DNA of 25,864 nucleotides from a virus: UHGV virus genome UHGV-0869939; one strand, 5' to 3'. Shown piece by piece: positions 25,271 to 25,864 of this stretch (position 1 is its first letter; each line of letters starts with the position of its first letter). The notes under the pieces were generated by a model. It saw only the letters and a program-made list of their open reading frames with translations, ran no database searches and was not told where the DNA came from. The position numbers and the translations under genes were made by a program.

Positions 25271-25374
25271 TATCTATTCATATTCACAGTCTTTCTATCC
25301 ATATATGGTTTTTTGGGTAATAGAATAACCAGATATGCGGCGCAACGGGTGCTGCGACTATCTGGAGATTTAAC

Positions 25375-25686
25375 ATGACGGTCTCAACCGAAGTTGACCA
25401 CAACGAATACACAGGTAACGGCGTTACGACATCATTTCCGTATACCTTCCGTATTTTCAAAAAATCCGACCTGGTTGTTCAGGTGTCTGACCTTAACGGT
25501 AACGTTACAAAACTAGTGCTGGATGCTGGTTATACGGTAACAGGGGCGGGAACTTATAGTGGCGGTGCAGTGGTTCTTCCGTCGCCGCTTGCTGCTGGCT
25601 GGCGAATCACGATAGAGCGTGTGCTTGATGTGGTGCAGGAGACTGATCTTCGCAATCAGGGAAAATTTTTCCCCGAAGTTCCATGA
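25375..25686 (+). CDS. Tail fibre protein, N-terminal domain (T7 gp17-like), frame interrupted at 25684
   Basis: YTGNGVTTSFPYTFRIFKKSDLVVQV ... GWRITIERVLDVVQETDL parallels the T7 gp17 N-terminus (LDGSNRDFNIPFEYLARKFVVV ... TTIELRRVTSTTDRL); GGAG RBS; stop after 103 codons while the homology continues in the +1 frame. Confidence 0.65.
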   Translation: MTVSTEVDHNEYTGNGVTTSFPYTFRIFKKSDLVVQVSDLNGNVTKLVLDAGYTVTGAGTYSGGAVVLPSPLAAGWRITIERVLDVVQETDLRNQGKFFPEVP

Positions 25687-25864
25687 GGATGCATTTGACT
25701 ACCTGACGATGCTGATCCAGCGATGTTTTGGGTGGTTCAGACGTGCATTGATGAAACCATCTTTGCTTGCAAAATATTACGATGCAAAGCAAAACAGAAT
25801 ATCTAACCTTGCCGATCCATACACAGTGCGTGGTCGGCGTCTCTCAAGGCACACAGGGGATAGG
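25679..25864 (+). pseudogene. Continuation of the tail-fibre reading frame (+1 relative to 25375..25686), open to the window end
   Basis: 62 codons with no stop and no RBS-supported start; DAKQNRISNLADP resembles the T7 gp17 DARGRRIVNLANA segment. Either a frameshift (pseudogene or sequencing error) or a split tail-fibre gene. Confidence 0.4.

Larger units (their letters stand above)
1..25864. mobile_element. Prophage segment: lambdoid-type early genes plus T7-like virion module with accessory islands; ends not in window
   Basis: Co-directional, tightly packed or overlapping genes in terminase - portal - scaffold - capsid - tail tube - internal virion protein - tail fibre order; antirepressor and LexA box present; no integrase or att site seen. 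Confidence 0.8.

Noticed and set aside
25180-25302. N-terminal extension of the small antirepressor-domain ORF (starts at 25302 or 25281)
   Set aside because: The extension would contain the LexA box and a TTACC-N5-GGTAA site; the ATG at 25179 has a GGAGAAG RBS and the homology to the antirepressor begins there.
1-25864. CRISPR arrays, IS elements/transposases, integrase or attachment sites
   Set aside because: No regularly spaced direct repeats with spacers, no terminal inverted repeats bounding a transposase-like ORF, and no integrase-like protein seen; prophage ends are presumably outside the window.
1-25864. T7-type single-subunit RNA polymerase promoters
   Set aside because: No recurring 23-bp element resembling the T7/T3/SP6 promoter consensus was noticed by eye; the recurring element found instead is palindromic, which points to a dimeric DNA-binding protein. 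A systematic scan was not possible by hand.

Overview
This window reads as a prophage segment, almost entirely on the + strand. It runs from lambdoid-type early genes (Ead/Ea22-like, DUF551-like, ASCH-like) through terminase small and large subunits into a T7-like virion module: gp6.7-like small protein, portal, scaffold-like, capsid, gp11/gp12-like tail tube, and gp13- to gp16-like internal virion proteins. Three things stand out. (1) An opposite-strand moron between terminase and portal carries a DUF2829-like (Tad2-like, candidate anti-Thoeris) gene and a tRNA-Arg(UCU). (2) A roughly 4.3 kb accessory island sits between the gp16-like gene and the tail-fibre gene. It holds an AT-rich secreted Cys-rich protein, a small exported peptide, a translationally coupled two-gene operon of unknown function, an AntA-type antirepressor, a frameshifted membrane zinc-ribbon protein, and a small antirepressor-domain gene behind a near-consensus LexA box. 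(3) A 15-bp palindrome TTACC-N5-GGTAA occurs six times, always intergenic, upstream of terminase, the portal block, the island operons and the tail fibre, which suggests a single unidentified regulator. The tail-fibre gene and the zinc-ribbon gene each carry an apparent single-base frameshift. No integrase, attachment site, CRISPR array or IS element was seen. All family assignments are from reading the translations and recalled motifs; no database search was run.
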